DNA from: Nemertoderma westbladi
Lineage: Eukaryota; Animalia; Xenacoelomorpha
Assembly: GCA_032718475.1 (NCBI GenBank)
Contig: JAUCBJ010000349.1
Span: forward strand, 1 to 54,245
Direction of reading: 5' to 3'
Length of the DNA stretch: 54,245 bases
Part shown: one piece after another, positions 10,843 through 25,500 of the stretch
How the letters are laid out: every line of letters begins with the position of its first letter
How positions within the stretch are numbered: the stretch's first letter is position 1
The notes under the pieces: model-generated
The model's input: the letters and a program-made list of their open reading frames with translations, nothing else
What the model was told of the DNA's origin: nothing
Database searches by the model: none
Made by a program: the position numbers and the translations under genes

Positions 10843-13393
10843 GTACAACGACATGTCTGAGGAACTGAACTACATGCGATACACGGCGAATCTGTGGGCT
10901 TACGCGAGGGAGCAGCTGGAGCGGTTGGGGGATCTATGTCATCTGATGCCCGATATGTTACCGGGGTCCGAGCAACTCAACATCGTGGTAGATCTACTGG
11001 GGGGGATGGGGCGGCGGGCTGCGGACATTGGGAACCTCACCACAACCGACGTACGCCCCCCACCGGTGTCACATGGAACCGACTCCCCACAGACCCGTCT
11101 ACGCGAGGCGCTCAGCTCGCAGACTTCCTTCGCACGCCACTATTTGGAGGTGTCGGAACTAACTATCGGGACCTTCAAACACATCGGACGACGTCGCACG
11201 GCGAGACGCATTGCGGAACGCCTCGCCGAGTTCCATCGTCGCCATGGCAACTACCGCAGGGCGGAGTCGTTGCTAAGCGACGGGTTGCGACTGTACGCGA
11301 GTGGTGGATGGCCTGGGTTGGAGTCGGACACCCGCTGGCTGCTGTCCGAGTTGCATCGGATGTCCGGGAATACCGTCCGTCGGTTCCACCAACTCGCGGG
11401 GGTCGCCGCCTGCGCCTCTAGCGGACGGCGACTGCATTGCTGTCGCGAGATGCTGGCCCTCGCGCCGCAGCTCCTCCCAACGGTCGTCTACCCGCTGCGG
11501 ACGATCGCTGACGTTACCGGGGCAACGTGCGGCGCCGTAGAAACCCCCAGACGCCGGCGAGTCGACGTTCACGTCCAGCTGTGCAGTCGGTTGCCGTTGG
11601 CAACGCCGTCGGTTGCCATGGTCGTCGGATTAACGCGTCATCCCGGCGGCATGGTAACCGGACTGGGATCCCCACCGCACACCAAGGGCAGTTCCCTCAA
11701 CCCCCGCTGGTCGGCGCCTCCTACTCCCACACTAAGGAACCCCCTCACCGGCCCCCTAGCGGTCTACCTGCGCACCGATTTAGCGCCCCCTATCGACGAA
11801 GAAGGATATTCGGTTCCCTTCGCCGCCGTCATGTGTCGCAACGCGTCGGGGCTGACGGAACGTTTCGACAGCAGCACCTCGTTGCTACGGGAACCGGACG
11901 CCAATTGGGACGAGCCGGAGTATCGCCTAGCAACCAGGGATGACGTCATACTGAACCCCGGGGACAACGTGGTTACGTGCGGTGCGACGGACCTACCTTG
12001 CGGGGTCTACTCGATGCGGAAAGTCGCCATCCTATTGGCTGACTCGGTTCGATTCGTCTCCCAGGACTCCGACGCAACTCGCCCGGTTACTTTCGCCGTG
12101 GTAGAGACGCCCCCTATCGTTAGTTTAGTGCACCCGCTCCAGACGGACGCCCCGCTATTGGCTGGGGTCTCCCAGCGGGTCGTCCTACGGGCCCAGCTCC
12201 CCTTCAATCCGCTCCCAACGGACACCAACTCCTCCCAGCTCCCCTCCAAACCGCTCCCACCGGACACCAACTCCTCCCAGCTCCCCTTCAATCCGCTCCC
12301 ACCTCCTCCTCCCACCAACTCCTCCCAGCTCCCCTCCAATCCACTCCCACCTCCTCCTCCCACCAACTCCTCTATCAGGATTCAACTCTCCCCCGGGATA
12401 GTTTTACTCCACGCCCCCTCGTGTGACGTCATAGACGAGCGTGTCGCTATGGTAACGCTAACGGATGCCAGCCTCGACATCCCATTGGATGTCCTCCTTC
12501 CCTTAGTATACAATCCGTTGCCTCGGGATACCGAAGTGCGGGTTTCGTGGCCCTCTAGCGACGACGTGGTATTCCCCTTGTCCTTCGCGCCGTTGATTCG
12601 ATGTCGTCACGATATTGTGACGTCACACATTACCTACCTCCGGATCCGCGTCGTCCATAGCAACCCGACCTGTGACCCTCTCAGACTGTATAACCTCGGT
12701 CTACGTAGCCCGGAAGGGGATATCGTCCCCGGCGTGGATATCCTCAACGATATCTCGGATATCCGACTCTATGCGACTCAGGAACTCGTTGTGCTCTTCG
12801 CCATCGGATCCAACGTGAACTCGTTATCGTCCAAACTCGTGGCGGATTACTCAGTAAACTCATCCGACTACCGACTGGAGTTCCCGGTTGTCGTCGAATC
12901 CTTATCCGTCATGTTCCGGGTTCGTGTCGCAGTCCTCAGTTCCGGTATCGTAGTACAGGGGGCGCTGCACCAATTAACTCTTAATATCGAATGTTTGACT
13001 CGAATAAATAATTCGATATCTTATTCGGTGGAGTTTGACAGCAAACTGTGGGCCGTTATAGGCAGAACTAAAGGATACTTGGACGTTCTAGAAATGAACG
13101 GTGCTCTTGAAAACAGCGATGTTCTAGAACAGAGCGGTGTTCTAGAACAGAGCGAAGGTTCTACCGCATTAACCTCGGTTTCTGTCTCGCTGGAAGCCGC
13201 CCCTCTGCAATGCGGATTACTCCCGTTGCCAAGCGTAACGCTGTACTCAGGGAGAGGTAAGTCTAGACTCGAATATCCCGCCCACGTGGTTGATAATGTA
13301 TCCCATGGCAACGTGGTAGAGGTCGCTCCCCATCCCAATCAACAATTGCTAGGCAACGCGTTGGTTGTTAGCAGTGACATTGGTGGCTTGTAA
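10843..13393 (+). CDS. TRAPPC10: TRAPPC10 coding exon 4 (terminal, ~850 codons)
   Basis: Acceptor ccccctttag at 10842 continues the frame (AG|G TAC AAC GAC ATG). Motifs LWAYAREQLERLGDLCHL, LREALSS..F..HYLEVSELTIGTFKHIGR.RTAR, WAVIGRTKG and PLQCGLLPLPSVTL. Spliced CDS is 3633 nt = 1210 aa plus stop. Confidence 0.95.
12192..12372 (+). repeat. In-frame coding tandem repeat (4 x 42-48 bp) encoding QLP[F/S][N/K]PLP..TNSS
   Basis: Repeated cccagctcccct.caa.cc.ctccca...caccaactcct inside TRAPPC10 exon 4. Confidence 0.9.
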
Positions 13394-13577
13394 TGTGGCC
13401 CAACTGTAAAGTAAAGCCAATGTTTGGTGCATTCATTCCTTCATTATATACATTATGGTGCCGTTATTATGTTTTTGTGCTTTTTCGACGTTTTTTTTTA
13501 TTTAGAACATTTTATTAACCCAGAATAGTGACCGGTCTAAATAGTTAACCATCGACATACCATGTGGCATTCATCGT

Positions 13578-16500
13578 ATTGGTTAATCTCTGACACAGTA
13601 ATGCTGTGCAATGGTTAATCTCTGACACAGTAATGCTGTGCATTGGTTAATCTCTGACACAGTAATGCTGTCCATTGGTTAATCTCTGCCACAGTAATGC
13701 TGTCCATTGGTTAATCTCTGCCACAGTAATGCTGTCCATTGGTTAATTTCTGCCACAGTAATGCTGTCCATTGGTTAATCTCTGACACAGTAATGCTGTC
13801 CATTGGTTAATCTCTGCCACAGTAATGCTGTCCATTGGTTAATTTCTGCCACAGTAATGCTGTCCAATGGTTAATCTCTGACACAGTAATGCTGTGCTTT
13901 GGTTAAGCTCTGACACAGTAATGCTGTCCATTGGTTAATCTCTGCCACAGTAATGCTGTGCATTGGTTAATCTCTGCCACAGTAATGCTGTCCATTGGTT
14001 AATCTCTGACACAGTAATGCTGTCCATTGGTTAATCTCTGCCACAGTAATGCTGTCCATTGGTTAATCTCTGACACAGTAATGCTGTCCATTGGTTAATC
14101 TCTGCCACAGTAATGCTGTCCATTGGTTAATCTCTGACAAAGTAATGCTGTCCATTGGTTAATCTCTGACACAGTAATGCTGTCCATTGGTTAATCTCTG
14201 ACACAGTAATGCTGTCCATTGGTTAATCTCTGCCACAGTAATGCTGTCCATTGGTTAATCTCTGACACAGTAATGCTGTCCATTGGTTAATCTCTGCCAC
14301 AGTAATGCTGTCCATTGGTTAATCTCTGACAAAGTAATGCTGTCCATTGGTTAATCTCTGCCACAGTAATGCTGTCCATTGGTTAATCTCTGACACAGTA
14401 ATGCTGTCCATTGGTTAATCTCTGCCACAGTAATGCTGTCCATTGGTTAATCTCTGCCACAGTAATGCTGTCCATTGGTTAATCTCTGACACAGTAATGC
14501 TGTCCATTGGTTAATCTCTGACAAAGTAATGCTGTCCATTGGTTAATCTCTGCCACAGTAATGCTGTCCATTGGTTAATCTCTGCCACAGTAATGCTGTC
14601 CATTGGTTAATCTCTGCCACAGTAATGCTGTCCATTGGTTAATCTCTGACACAGTAATGCTGTCCATTGGTTAATCTCTGCCACAGTAATGCTGTCCATT
14701 GGTTAATCTCTGCCACAGTAATGCTGTCCATTGGTTAATCTCTGACAAAGTAATGCTGTCCATTGGTTAATCTCTGCCACAGTAATGCTGTCCATTGGTT
14801 AATCTCTGCCACAGTAATGCTGTCCATTGGTTAATCTCTGACAAAGTAATGCTGTCCATTGGTTAATCTCTGCCACAGTAATGCTGTCCATTGGTTAATC
14901 TCTGCCACAGTAATGCTGTCCATTGGTTAATCTCTGCCACAGTAATGCTGTCCATTGGTTAATCTCTGCCACAGTAATGCTGTCCATTGGTTAATCTCTG
15001 CCACAGTAATGCTGTCCATTGGTTAATCTCTGACACAGTAATGCTGTCCATTGGTTAATCTCTGCCACAGTAATGCTGTCCATTGGTTAATCTCTGACAA
15101 AGTAATGCTGTCCATTGGTTAATCTCTGCCACAGTAATGCTGTCCATTGGTTAATCTCTGCCACAGTAATGCTGTCCATTGGTTAATCTCTGCCACAGTA
15201 ATGCTGTCCATTGGTTAATCTCTGCCACAGTAATGCTGTCCATTGGTTAATCTCTGCCACAGTAATGCTGTCCATTGGTTAATCTCTGACAAAGTAATGC
15301 TGTCCATTGGTTAATCTCTGCCACAGTAATGCTGTCCATTGGTTAATCTCTGCCACAGTAATGCTGTCCATTGGTTAATCTCTGCCACAGTAATGCTGTC
15401 CATTGGTTAATCTCTGACACAGTAATGCTGTCCATTGGTTAATCTCTGCCACAGTAATGCTGTCCATTGGTTAATCTCTGACAAAGTAATGCTGTCCATT
15501 GGTTAATCTCTGACAAAGTAATGCTGTCCATTGGTTAATCTCTGCCACAGTAATGCTGTCCATTGGTTAATCTCTGACACAGTAATGCTGTCCATTGGTT
15601 AATCTCTGCCACAGTAATGCTGTCCATTGGTTAATCTCTGCCACAGTAATGCTGTCCATTGGTTAATCTCTGACACAGTAATGCTGTCCATTGGTTAATC
15701 TCTGACAAAGTAATGCTGTCCATTGGTTAATCTCTGCCACAGTAATGCTGTCCATTGGTTAATCTCTGCCACAGTAATGCTGTCCATTGGTTAATCTCTG
15801 CCACAGTAATGCTGTCCATTGGTTAATCTCTGACACAGTAATGCTGTCCATTGGTTAATCTCTGCCACAGTAATGCTGTCCATTGGTTAATCTCTGCCAC
15901 AGTAATGCTGTCCATTGGTTAATCTCTGACAAAGTAATGCTGTCCATTGGTTAATCTCTGCCACAGTAATGCTGTCCATTGGTTAATCTCTGCCACAGTA
16001 ATGCTGTCCATTGGTTAATCTCTGCCACAGTAATGCTGTCCATTGGTTAATCTCTGACACAGTAATGCTGTCCATTGGTTAATCTCTGCCACAGTAATGC
16101 TGTCCATTGGTTAATCTCTGCCACAGTAATGCTGTCCATTGGTTAATCTCTGACAAAGTAATGCTGTCCATTGGTTAATCTCTGCCACAGTAATGCTGTC
16201 CATTGGTTAATCTCTGCCACAGTAATGCTGTCCATTGGTTAATCTCTGCCACAGTAATGCTGTCCATTGGTTAATCTCTGACACAGTAATGCTGTCCATT
16301 GGTTAATCTCTGCCACAGTAATGCTGTCCATTGGTTAATCTCTGACAAAGTAATGCTGTCCATTGGTTAATCTCTGCCACAGTAATGCTGCCCATTGGTT
16401 AATCTCTGCCACAGTAATGCTGTCCATTGGTTAATCTCTGACACAGTAATGCTGTGTATTGGTTAATCTCTGACACAGTAATGCTTTCCATTGGTTAATC

Positions 16501-19500
16501 TCTGACACAGTAATGCTGTCCATTGGTTAATCTCTGACACAGTAATGCTGTCCATTGGTTAATCTCTGACACAGTAATGCTGTCCATTGGTTAATCTCTG
16601 ACACAGTAATGCTGTCCATTGGTTAATCTCTGACACAGTAATGCTGTCCATTGGTTAATCTCTGACACAGTAATGCTGTCCATTGGTTAATCTCTGACAC
16701 AGTAATGCTGTCCATTGGTTAATCTCTGACAAAGTAATGCTGTCCATTGGTTAATCTCTGCCACAGTAATGCTGTGCATTGGTTAATCTATCTGTGCATT
16801 GGTTAATCTCTGACACAATATGCTGTCCATTGGTTAGTCTCTGTCACGTGGTATGCTGTCCATTGGTTAATCTCTGCCACAGTAATGCTGTGCATTGGTT
16901 AATCTCTGTCACAGTAATGCTGTCCATTGGTTAATCTCTGACACAATATGCTGTCCATTGGTTAGTCTCTGTCACGTGGTATGCTGTGCATTGGTTAATA
17001 TCTGCCACAGTAATGCTGTCCATTGGTTAATCTCTGCCACAGTAATGCTGTCCATTGGTTAATCTCTGACACAGTAATGCTGTCCATTGGTTAATCTCTG
17101 CCACAGTAATGCTGTCCATTGGTTAATCTCTGACAAAGTAATGCTGTCCATTGGTTAATCTCTGACAAAGTAATGCTGTCCATTGGTTAATCTCTGCCAC
17201 AGTAATGCTGTCCATTGGTTAATCTCTGACACAGTAATGCTGTCCATTGGTTAATCTCTGCCACAGTAATGCTGTCCATTGGTTAATCTCTGCCACAGTA
17301 ATGCTGTCCATTGGTTAATCTCTGACACAGTAATGCTGTCCATTGGTTAATCTCTGACAAAGTAATGCTGTCCATTGGTTAATCTCTGCCACAGTAATGC
17401 TGTCCATTGGTTAATCTCTGCCACAGTAATGCTGTCCATTGGTTAATCTCTGCCACAGTAATGCTGTCCATTGGTTAATCTCTGACACAGTAATGCTGTC
17501 CATTGGTTAATCTCTGCCACAGTAATGCTGTCCATTGGTTAATCTCTGCCACAGTAATGCTGTCCATTGGTTAATCTCTGACAAAGTAATGCTGTCCATT
17601 GGTTAATCTCTGCCACAGTAATGCTGTCCATTGGTTAATCTCTGCCACAGTAATGCTGTCCATTGGTTAATCTCTGCCACAGTAATGCTGTCCATTGGTT
17701 AATCTCTGACACAGTAATGCTGTCCATTGGTTAATCTCTGCCACAGTAATGCTGTCCATTGGTTAATCTCTGCCACAGTAATGCTGTCCATTGGTTAATC
17801 TCTGACAAAGTAATGCTGTCCATTGGTTAATCTCTGCCACAGTAATGCTGTCCATTGGTTAATCTCTGCCACAGTAATGCTGTCCATTGGTTAATCTCTG
17901 CCACAGTAATGCTGTCCATTGGTTAATCTCTGACACAGTAATGCTGTCCATTGGTTAATCTCTGCCACAGTAATGCTGTCCATTGGTTAATCTCTGACAA
18001 AGTAATGCTGTCCATTGGTTAATCTCTGCCACAGTAATGCTGCCCATTGGTTAATCTCTGCCACAGTAATGCTGTCCATTGGTTAATCTCTGACACAGTA
18101 ATGCTGTGTATTGGTTAATCTCTGACACAGTAATGCTTTCCATTGGTTAATCTCTGACACAGTAATGCTGTCCATTGGTTAATCTCTGACACAGTAATGC
18201 TGTCCATTGGTTAATCTCTGACACAGTAATGCTGTCCATTGGTTAATCTCTGACACAGTAATGCTGTCCATTGGTTAATCTCTGACACAGTAATGCTGTC
18301 CATTGGTTAATCTCTGACACAGTAATGCTGTCCATTGGTTAATCTCTGACACAGTAATGCTGTCCATTGGTTAATCTCTGACACAGTAATGCTGTCCATT
18401 GGTTAATCTCTGACACAGTAATGCTGTCCATTGGTTAATCTCTGACACAGTAATGCTGTCCATTGGTTAATCTCTGACACAGTAATGCTGTCCATTGGTT
18501 AATCTCTGACACAGTAATGCTGTCCATTGGTTAATCTCTGACACAGTAATGCTGTCCATTGGTTAATCTCTGACACAGTAATGCTGTCCATTGGTTAATC
18601 TCTGACACAGTAATGCTGTGCATTGGTTAATCTCTGACACAGTAATGCTGTCCATTGGTTAATCTCTGACACAGTAATGCTGTCCATTGGTTAATCTCTG
18701 ACACAGTAATGCTGTCCATTGGTTAATCTCTGCCACAGTAATGCTGTCCATTGGTTAATCTCTGCCACAGTAATGCTGTCCATTGGTTAATCTCTGACAC
18801 AGTAATGCTGTCCATTGGTTAATCTCTGCCACAGTAATGCTGTCCATTGGTTAATCTCTGCCACAGTAATGCTGTCCATTGGTTAATCTCTGACACAGTA
18901 ATGCTGTCCATTGGTTAATCTCTGACACAGTAATGCTGTCCATTGGTTAATCTCTGCCACAGTAATGCTGTCCATTGGTTAATCTCTGCCACAGTAATGC
19001 TGTCCATTGGTTAATCTCTGCCACAGTAATGCTGTCCATTGGTTAATCTCTGCCACAGTAATGCTGTCCATTGGTTAATCTCTGCCACAGTAATGCTGTC
19101 CATTGGTTAATCTCTGCCACAGTAATGCTGTCCATTGGTTAATCTCTGCCACAGTAATGCTGTCCATTGGTTAATCTCTGACACAGTAATGCTGTCCATT
19201 GGTTAATCTCTGCCACAGTAATGCTGTCCATTGGTTAATCTCTGACACAGTAATGCTGTCCATTGGTTAATCTCTGCCACAGTAATGCTGTCCATTGGTT
19301 AATCCCTGCCACAGTAATGCTGTCCATTGGTTAATCTCTGACACAGTAATGCTGTCCATTGGTTAATCTCTGACACAGTAATGCTGTCATTGGTTAATCT
19401 CTGCCACAGTAATGCTGTCCATTAGTTAATCTCTGACACAGTAATGCTGTCCATTGGTTAATCTCTGACACAGTAATGCTGTCCATTGGTTAATCTCTGC

Positions 19501-22500
19501 CACAGTAATGCTGTCCATTGGTTAATCTCTGACACAGTAATGCTGTCCATTGGTTAATCTCTGACACAGTAATGCTGTCCATTGGTTAATCTCTGACACA
19601 GTAATGCTGTGCATTGGTTAATCTCTGTCACAGTAATGCTGTCCATTGGTTAATCTCTGCCACAGTAATGCTGTGCATTGGTTAATCTCTGCCACAGTAA
19701 TGCTGTCCATTGGTTAATTTCTGCCACAGTATTGCTGTCCATTGGTTAATCTCTGACACAGTAATGCTGTCCATTGGTTAATCTCTGACACAGTAATGCT
19801 GTCCATTGGTTAATTTCTGCCACAGTAATGCTGTCCATTGGTTAATCTCTGACACAGTAATGCTGTCCATTGGTTAATCTCTGCCACAGTAATGCTGTCC
19901 ATTGGTTAATCTCTGACACAGTAATGCTGTCCATTGGTTAATCTCTGCCACAGTAATGCTGTCCATTGGTTAATCTCTGCCACAGTAATGCTGTCCATTG
20001 GTTAATCTCTGACACAGTAATGCTGTCCATTGGTTAATCTCTGCCACAGTAATGCTGTCCATTGGTTAATCTCTGCCACAGTAATGCTGTCCATTGGTTA
20101 ATCTCTGACACAGTAATGCTGTCCATTGGTTAATCTCTGACACAGTAATGCTGTCCATTGGTTAATCTCTGACACAGTAATGCTGTCCATTGGTTAATTT
20201 CTGCCACAGTATTGCTGTCCATTGGTTAATCTCTGACACAGTAATGCTGTCCATTGGTTAATCTCTGACACAGTAATGCTGTCCATTGGTTAATTTCTGC
20301 CACAGTATTGCTGTCCATTGGTTAATCTCTGACACAGTAATGCTGTCCATTGGTTAATTTCTGCCACAGTATTGCTGTCCATTGGTTAATCTCTGACACA
20401 GTAATGCTGTCCATTGGTTAATCTCTGACACAGTAATGCTGTCCATTGGTTAATTTCTGCCACAGTAATGCTGTCCATTGGTTAATCTCTGACACAGTAA
20501 TGCTGTCCATTGGTTAATCTCTGACACAGTAATGCTGTCCATTGGTTAATTTCTGCCACAGTAATGCTGTCCATTGGTTAATCTCTGCCACAGTAATGCT
20601 GTCCATTGGTTAATCTCTGACACAGTAATGCTGTCCATTGGTTAATCTCTGACACAGTAATGCTGTCCATTGGTTAATCTCTGACACAGTAATGCTCTCC
20701 ATTGGTTAATCTCTGACACAGTAATGCTGTCCATTGGTTAATCTCTGACACAGTAATGCTGTCCATTGGTTAATCTCTGACACAGTAATGCTGTCCATTG
20801 GTTAATCTCTGAGACAGTAATGCTGTCCATTGGTTAATTTCTGCCACAGTATTGCTGTCCATTGGTTAATCTCTGACACAGTAATGCTGTCCATTGGTTA
20901 ATCTCTGCCACAGTAATGCTGTCCATTGGTTAATCTCTGCCACAGTAATGCTGTCCATTGGTTAATCTCTGACACAGTAATGCTGTCCATTGGTTAATCT
21001 CTGACACAGTAATGCTGTCCATTGGTTAATCTCTGACACAGTAATGCTGTCCATTGGTTAATTTCTGCCACAGTATTGCTGTCCATTGGTTAATCTCTGA
21101 CACAGTAATGCTGTCCATTGGTTAATCTCTGACACAGTAATGCTGTCCATTGGTTAATTTCTGCCACAGTATTGCTGTCCATTGGTTAATCTCTGACACA
21201 GTAATGCTGTCCATTGGTTAATCTCTGCCACAGTAATGCTGTCCATTGGTTAATCTCTGACACAGTAATGCTGTCCATTGGTTAATCTCTGACACAGTAA
21301 TGCTGTCCATTGGTTAATCTCTGACACAGTAATGCTGTCCATTGGTTAATCTCTGCCACAGTAATGCTGTCCATTGGTTAATCTCTGCCACAGTAATGCT
21401 GTCCATTGGTTAATCTCTGACACAGTAATGCTGTCCATTGGTTAATCTCTGACACAGTAATGCTGTCCATTGGTTAATCTCTGACACAGTAATGCTGTCC
21501 ATTGGTTAATTTCTGCCACAGTATTGCTGTCCATTGGTTAATCTCTGACACAGTAATGCTGTCCATTGGTTAATCTCTGACACAGTAATGCTGTCCATTG
21601 GTTAATTTCTGCCACAGTATTGCTGTCCATTGGTTAATCTCTGACACAGTAATGCTGTCCATTGGTTAATCTCTGCCACAGTAATGCTGTCCATTGGTTA
21701 ATCTCTGACACAGTAATGCTGTCCATTGGTTAATCTCTGACACAGTAATGCTGTCCATTGGTTAATCTCTGACACAGTAATGCTGTCCATTGGTTAATCT
21801 CTGACACAGTAATGCTGTCCATTGGTTAATCTCTGACACAGTAATGCTGTCCATTGGTTAATCTCTGACACAGTAATGCTGTCCATTGGTTAATCTCTGA
21901 CACAGTAATGCTGTCCATTGGTTAATCTCTGACACAGTAATGCTGTCCATTGGTTAATCTCTGACACAGTAATGCTGTCCATTGGTTAATCTCTGCCACA
22001 GTAATGCTGTCCATTGGTTAATCTCTGACACAGTAATGCTGTCCATTGGTTAATCTCTGACACAGTAATGCTGTCCATTGGTTAATCTCTGCCACAGTAA
22101 TGCTGTCCATTGGTTAATCTCTGCCACAGTAATGCTGTCCATTGGTTAATCTCTGACACAGTAATGCTGTCCATTGGTTAATCTCTGACACAGTAATGCT
22201 GTCCATTGGTTAATCTCTGACACAGTAATGCTGTCCATTGGTTAATTTCTGCCACAGTATTGCTGTCCATTGGTTAATCTCTGACACAGTAATGCTGTCC
22301 ATTGGTTAATCTCTGACACAGTAATGCTGTCCATTGGTTAATTTCTGCCACAGTATTGCTGTCCATTGGTTAATCTCTGACACAGTAATGCTGTCCATTG
22401 GTTAATCTCTGCCACAGTAATGCTGTCCATTGGTTAATCTCTGACACAGTAATGCTGTCCATTGGTTAATCTCTGACACAGTAATGCTGTCCATTGGTTA

Positions 22501-25500
22501 ATCTCTGACACAGTAATGCTGTCCATTGGTTAATCTCTGACACAGTAATGCTGTCCATTGGTTAGTCTCTGCCACAGTAATGCTGTCCATTGGTTAATCT
22601 CTGCCACAGTAATGCTGTCCATTGGTTAATCTCTGACACAGTAATGCTGTCCATTGGTTAATCTCTGACACAGTAATGCTGTCCATTGGTTAATCTCTGA
22701 CACAGTAATGCTGTCCATTGGTTAATCTCTGACACAGTAATGCTGTCCATTGGTTAATCTCTGCCACAGTAATGCTGTCCATTGGTTAATCTCTGACACA
22801 GTAATGCTGTCCATTGGTTAATCTCTGACACAGTAATGCTGTGCATTGGTTAATCTCTGACACAGTAATGCTGTCCATTGGTTAATCTCTGCCACAGTAA
22901 TGCTGTCCATTGGTTAATCTCTGACACAGTAATGCTGTGCATTGGTTAATCTCTGACACAGTAATGCTGTCCATTGGTTAATCTCTGTCACAGTAATGCT
23001 GTCCATTGGTTAATCTCTGACACAGTAATGCTGTCCATTGGTTAATCTCTGACACAGTAATGCTGTCCATTGGTTAATTTCTGCCACAGTAATGCTGTCC
23101 ATTGGTTAATCTCTGCCACAGTAATGCTGTCCATTGGTTAATCTCTGCCACAGTAATGCTGTCCATTGGTTAATCTCTGCCACAGTAATGCTGTCCATTG
23201 GTTAATCTCTGCCACAGTAATGCTGTCCATTGGTTAATCTCTGACACAGTAATGCTGTCCATTGGTTAATCTCTGCCACAGTAATGCTGTCCATTGGTTA
23301 ATCTCTGCCACAGTAATGCTGTCCATTGGTTAATCTCTGCCACAGTAATGCTGTCCATTGGTTAATTTCTGCCACAGTAATGCTGTCCATTGGTTAATCT
23401 CTGACACAGTAATGCTGTCCATTGGTTAAGCTCTGACACAGTAATGCTGTCCATTGGTTAATCTCTGACACAGTAATGCTGTCCATTGGTTAATCTCTGT
23501 CACAGTAATGCTGTCCAATGGTTAATCTCTGCCACAGTAATGCTGTCCATTGGTTAATCTCTGCCACGTGGTATGCTGTGCATTGGTTAATCTCTGCCAC
23601 AGTAATGCTGTCCATTGGTTAATCTCTGACACAGTAATGCTGTGCATTGGTTAATATCTGCCACAGTAATGCTGTCCATTGGTTAATCTCTGCCACAGTA
23701 ATGCTGTGCATTGGTTAATCTCTGTCACAGTAATGCTGTCCATTGGTTAATCTCTGTCACAGTAATGCTGTGCATTGGTTAATCTCTGCCACGTGGTATG
23801 CTGTGCATTGGTTAATCTCTGCCACAGAAATGCTGTGCATTGGTTAATCTCTGCCACAGTAATGCTGTGCATTGGTTAATCTCTGACACAGTAATGCTGT
23901 GCATTGGTTAATCTCTGCCACGTGGTATGCTGTGCATTGGTTAGTTTCTGCCACGTGGTATGCTGTGCATTGGTTAATCTCTGTCACAGTAATGATGTCC
24001 ATTGGTTAATCTATGACACAGTAATGCTGTGCATTGGTTAATCTCTGACACAATATGCTGTCCATTGGTTAGTCTCTGTCACGTGGTATGCTGTGCATTG
24101 GTTAATATCTGCCACAGTAATGCTGTCCATTGGTTAATCTCTGCCACAGTAATGCTGTGCATTGGTTAATCTATGTCACAGTAATGCTGTCCATTGGTTA
24201 ATCTCTGTCACAGTAATGCTGTCAATTGGTTAATCTCTGCCACGCGGTATGCTGTGCATTGGTTAATCTCTATCACGCGGTATGCTGTGCATTGGTTAGT
24301 CTCTGTCACGTGGTATGCTGTGCATTGGTTAATATCTGCCACAGTAATGCTGTCCATTGGTTAATCTCTGTCACAGTAATGCTGTCAATTGGTTAATCTC
24401 TGCCACGTGGTATGCTGTGCATTGGTTAGTCTGTCACGTGGTATGCTGTGCATTGGTTAATCTCTATCACGCGGTATGCTGTGCATTGGTTAATATCTGC
24501 CAGAGTAATGCTGTCCATTGGTTAATCTCTGTCACAGTAATGCTGTCAATTGGTTAATCTCTGCCACGTGGTATGCTGTGCATTGGTTAGTCTGTCACGT
24601 GGTATGCTGTGCATTGGTTAATCTCTGACACAATATGCTGTCCATTGGTTAGTCTCTGTCACGTGGTATGCTGTGCATTGGTTAATATCTGCCACAGTAA
24701 TGCTGTCCATTGGTTAATCTCTGCCACAGTAATGCTGTCCATTGGTTAATCTCTGCCACAGTAATGCTGTCCATTGGTTAATCTCTGACACAGTAATGCT
24801 GTCCATTGGTTAATCTCTGCCACAGTAATGCTGTCCATTGGTTAATCTCTGACACAGTAATGCTGTCCATTGGTTAATCTCTGACACAGTAATGCTGTGC
24901 TTTGGTTAATCTATGTCACAGTAATGCTGTCCATTGGTTAATCTCTGCCACAGTAATGCTGTCCATTGGTTAATCTCTGACACAGTAATGCTGTCCATTG
25001 GTTAATCTCTGCCACAGTAATGCTGTCCATTGGTTAATCTCTGACACAGTAATGCTGTCCATTGGTTAATCTCTGACACAGTAATGCTGTCCATTGGTTA
25101 ATCTCTGCCACAGTAATGCTGTCCATTGGTTAATCTCTGCCACAGTAATGCTGTCCATTGGTTAATCTCTGTCACAGTAATGCTGTCAATTGGTTAATCT
25201 CTGCCACGTGGTATGCTGTGCATTGGTTAATCTCTGACACAGTAATGCTGTCCATTGGTTAATCTCTGTCACAGTAATGATGTGCATTGGATAATCTCTG
25301 CCACGTAGTATGCTGTGCATTGGTTAATCTCTATCACGCGGTATGCTGTGCATTGGTTAATCTCTGCCACAGTAATGCTGTGCATTGGTTAATCTCTGAC
25401 ACAGTAATGCTGTCCATTGGTTAATCTCTGCCACAGTAATGCTGTGCATTGGTTAATCTCTGTCACAGTAATGCTGTCCATTGGTTAATCTCTGCCACAG

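Noticed and set aside
10894-13338. Alternative-frame and antisense ORFs overlapping TRAPPC10 exon 4
   Set aside because: Expected shadows of a GC-rich exon, with no recognisable domains.
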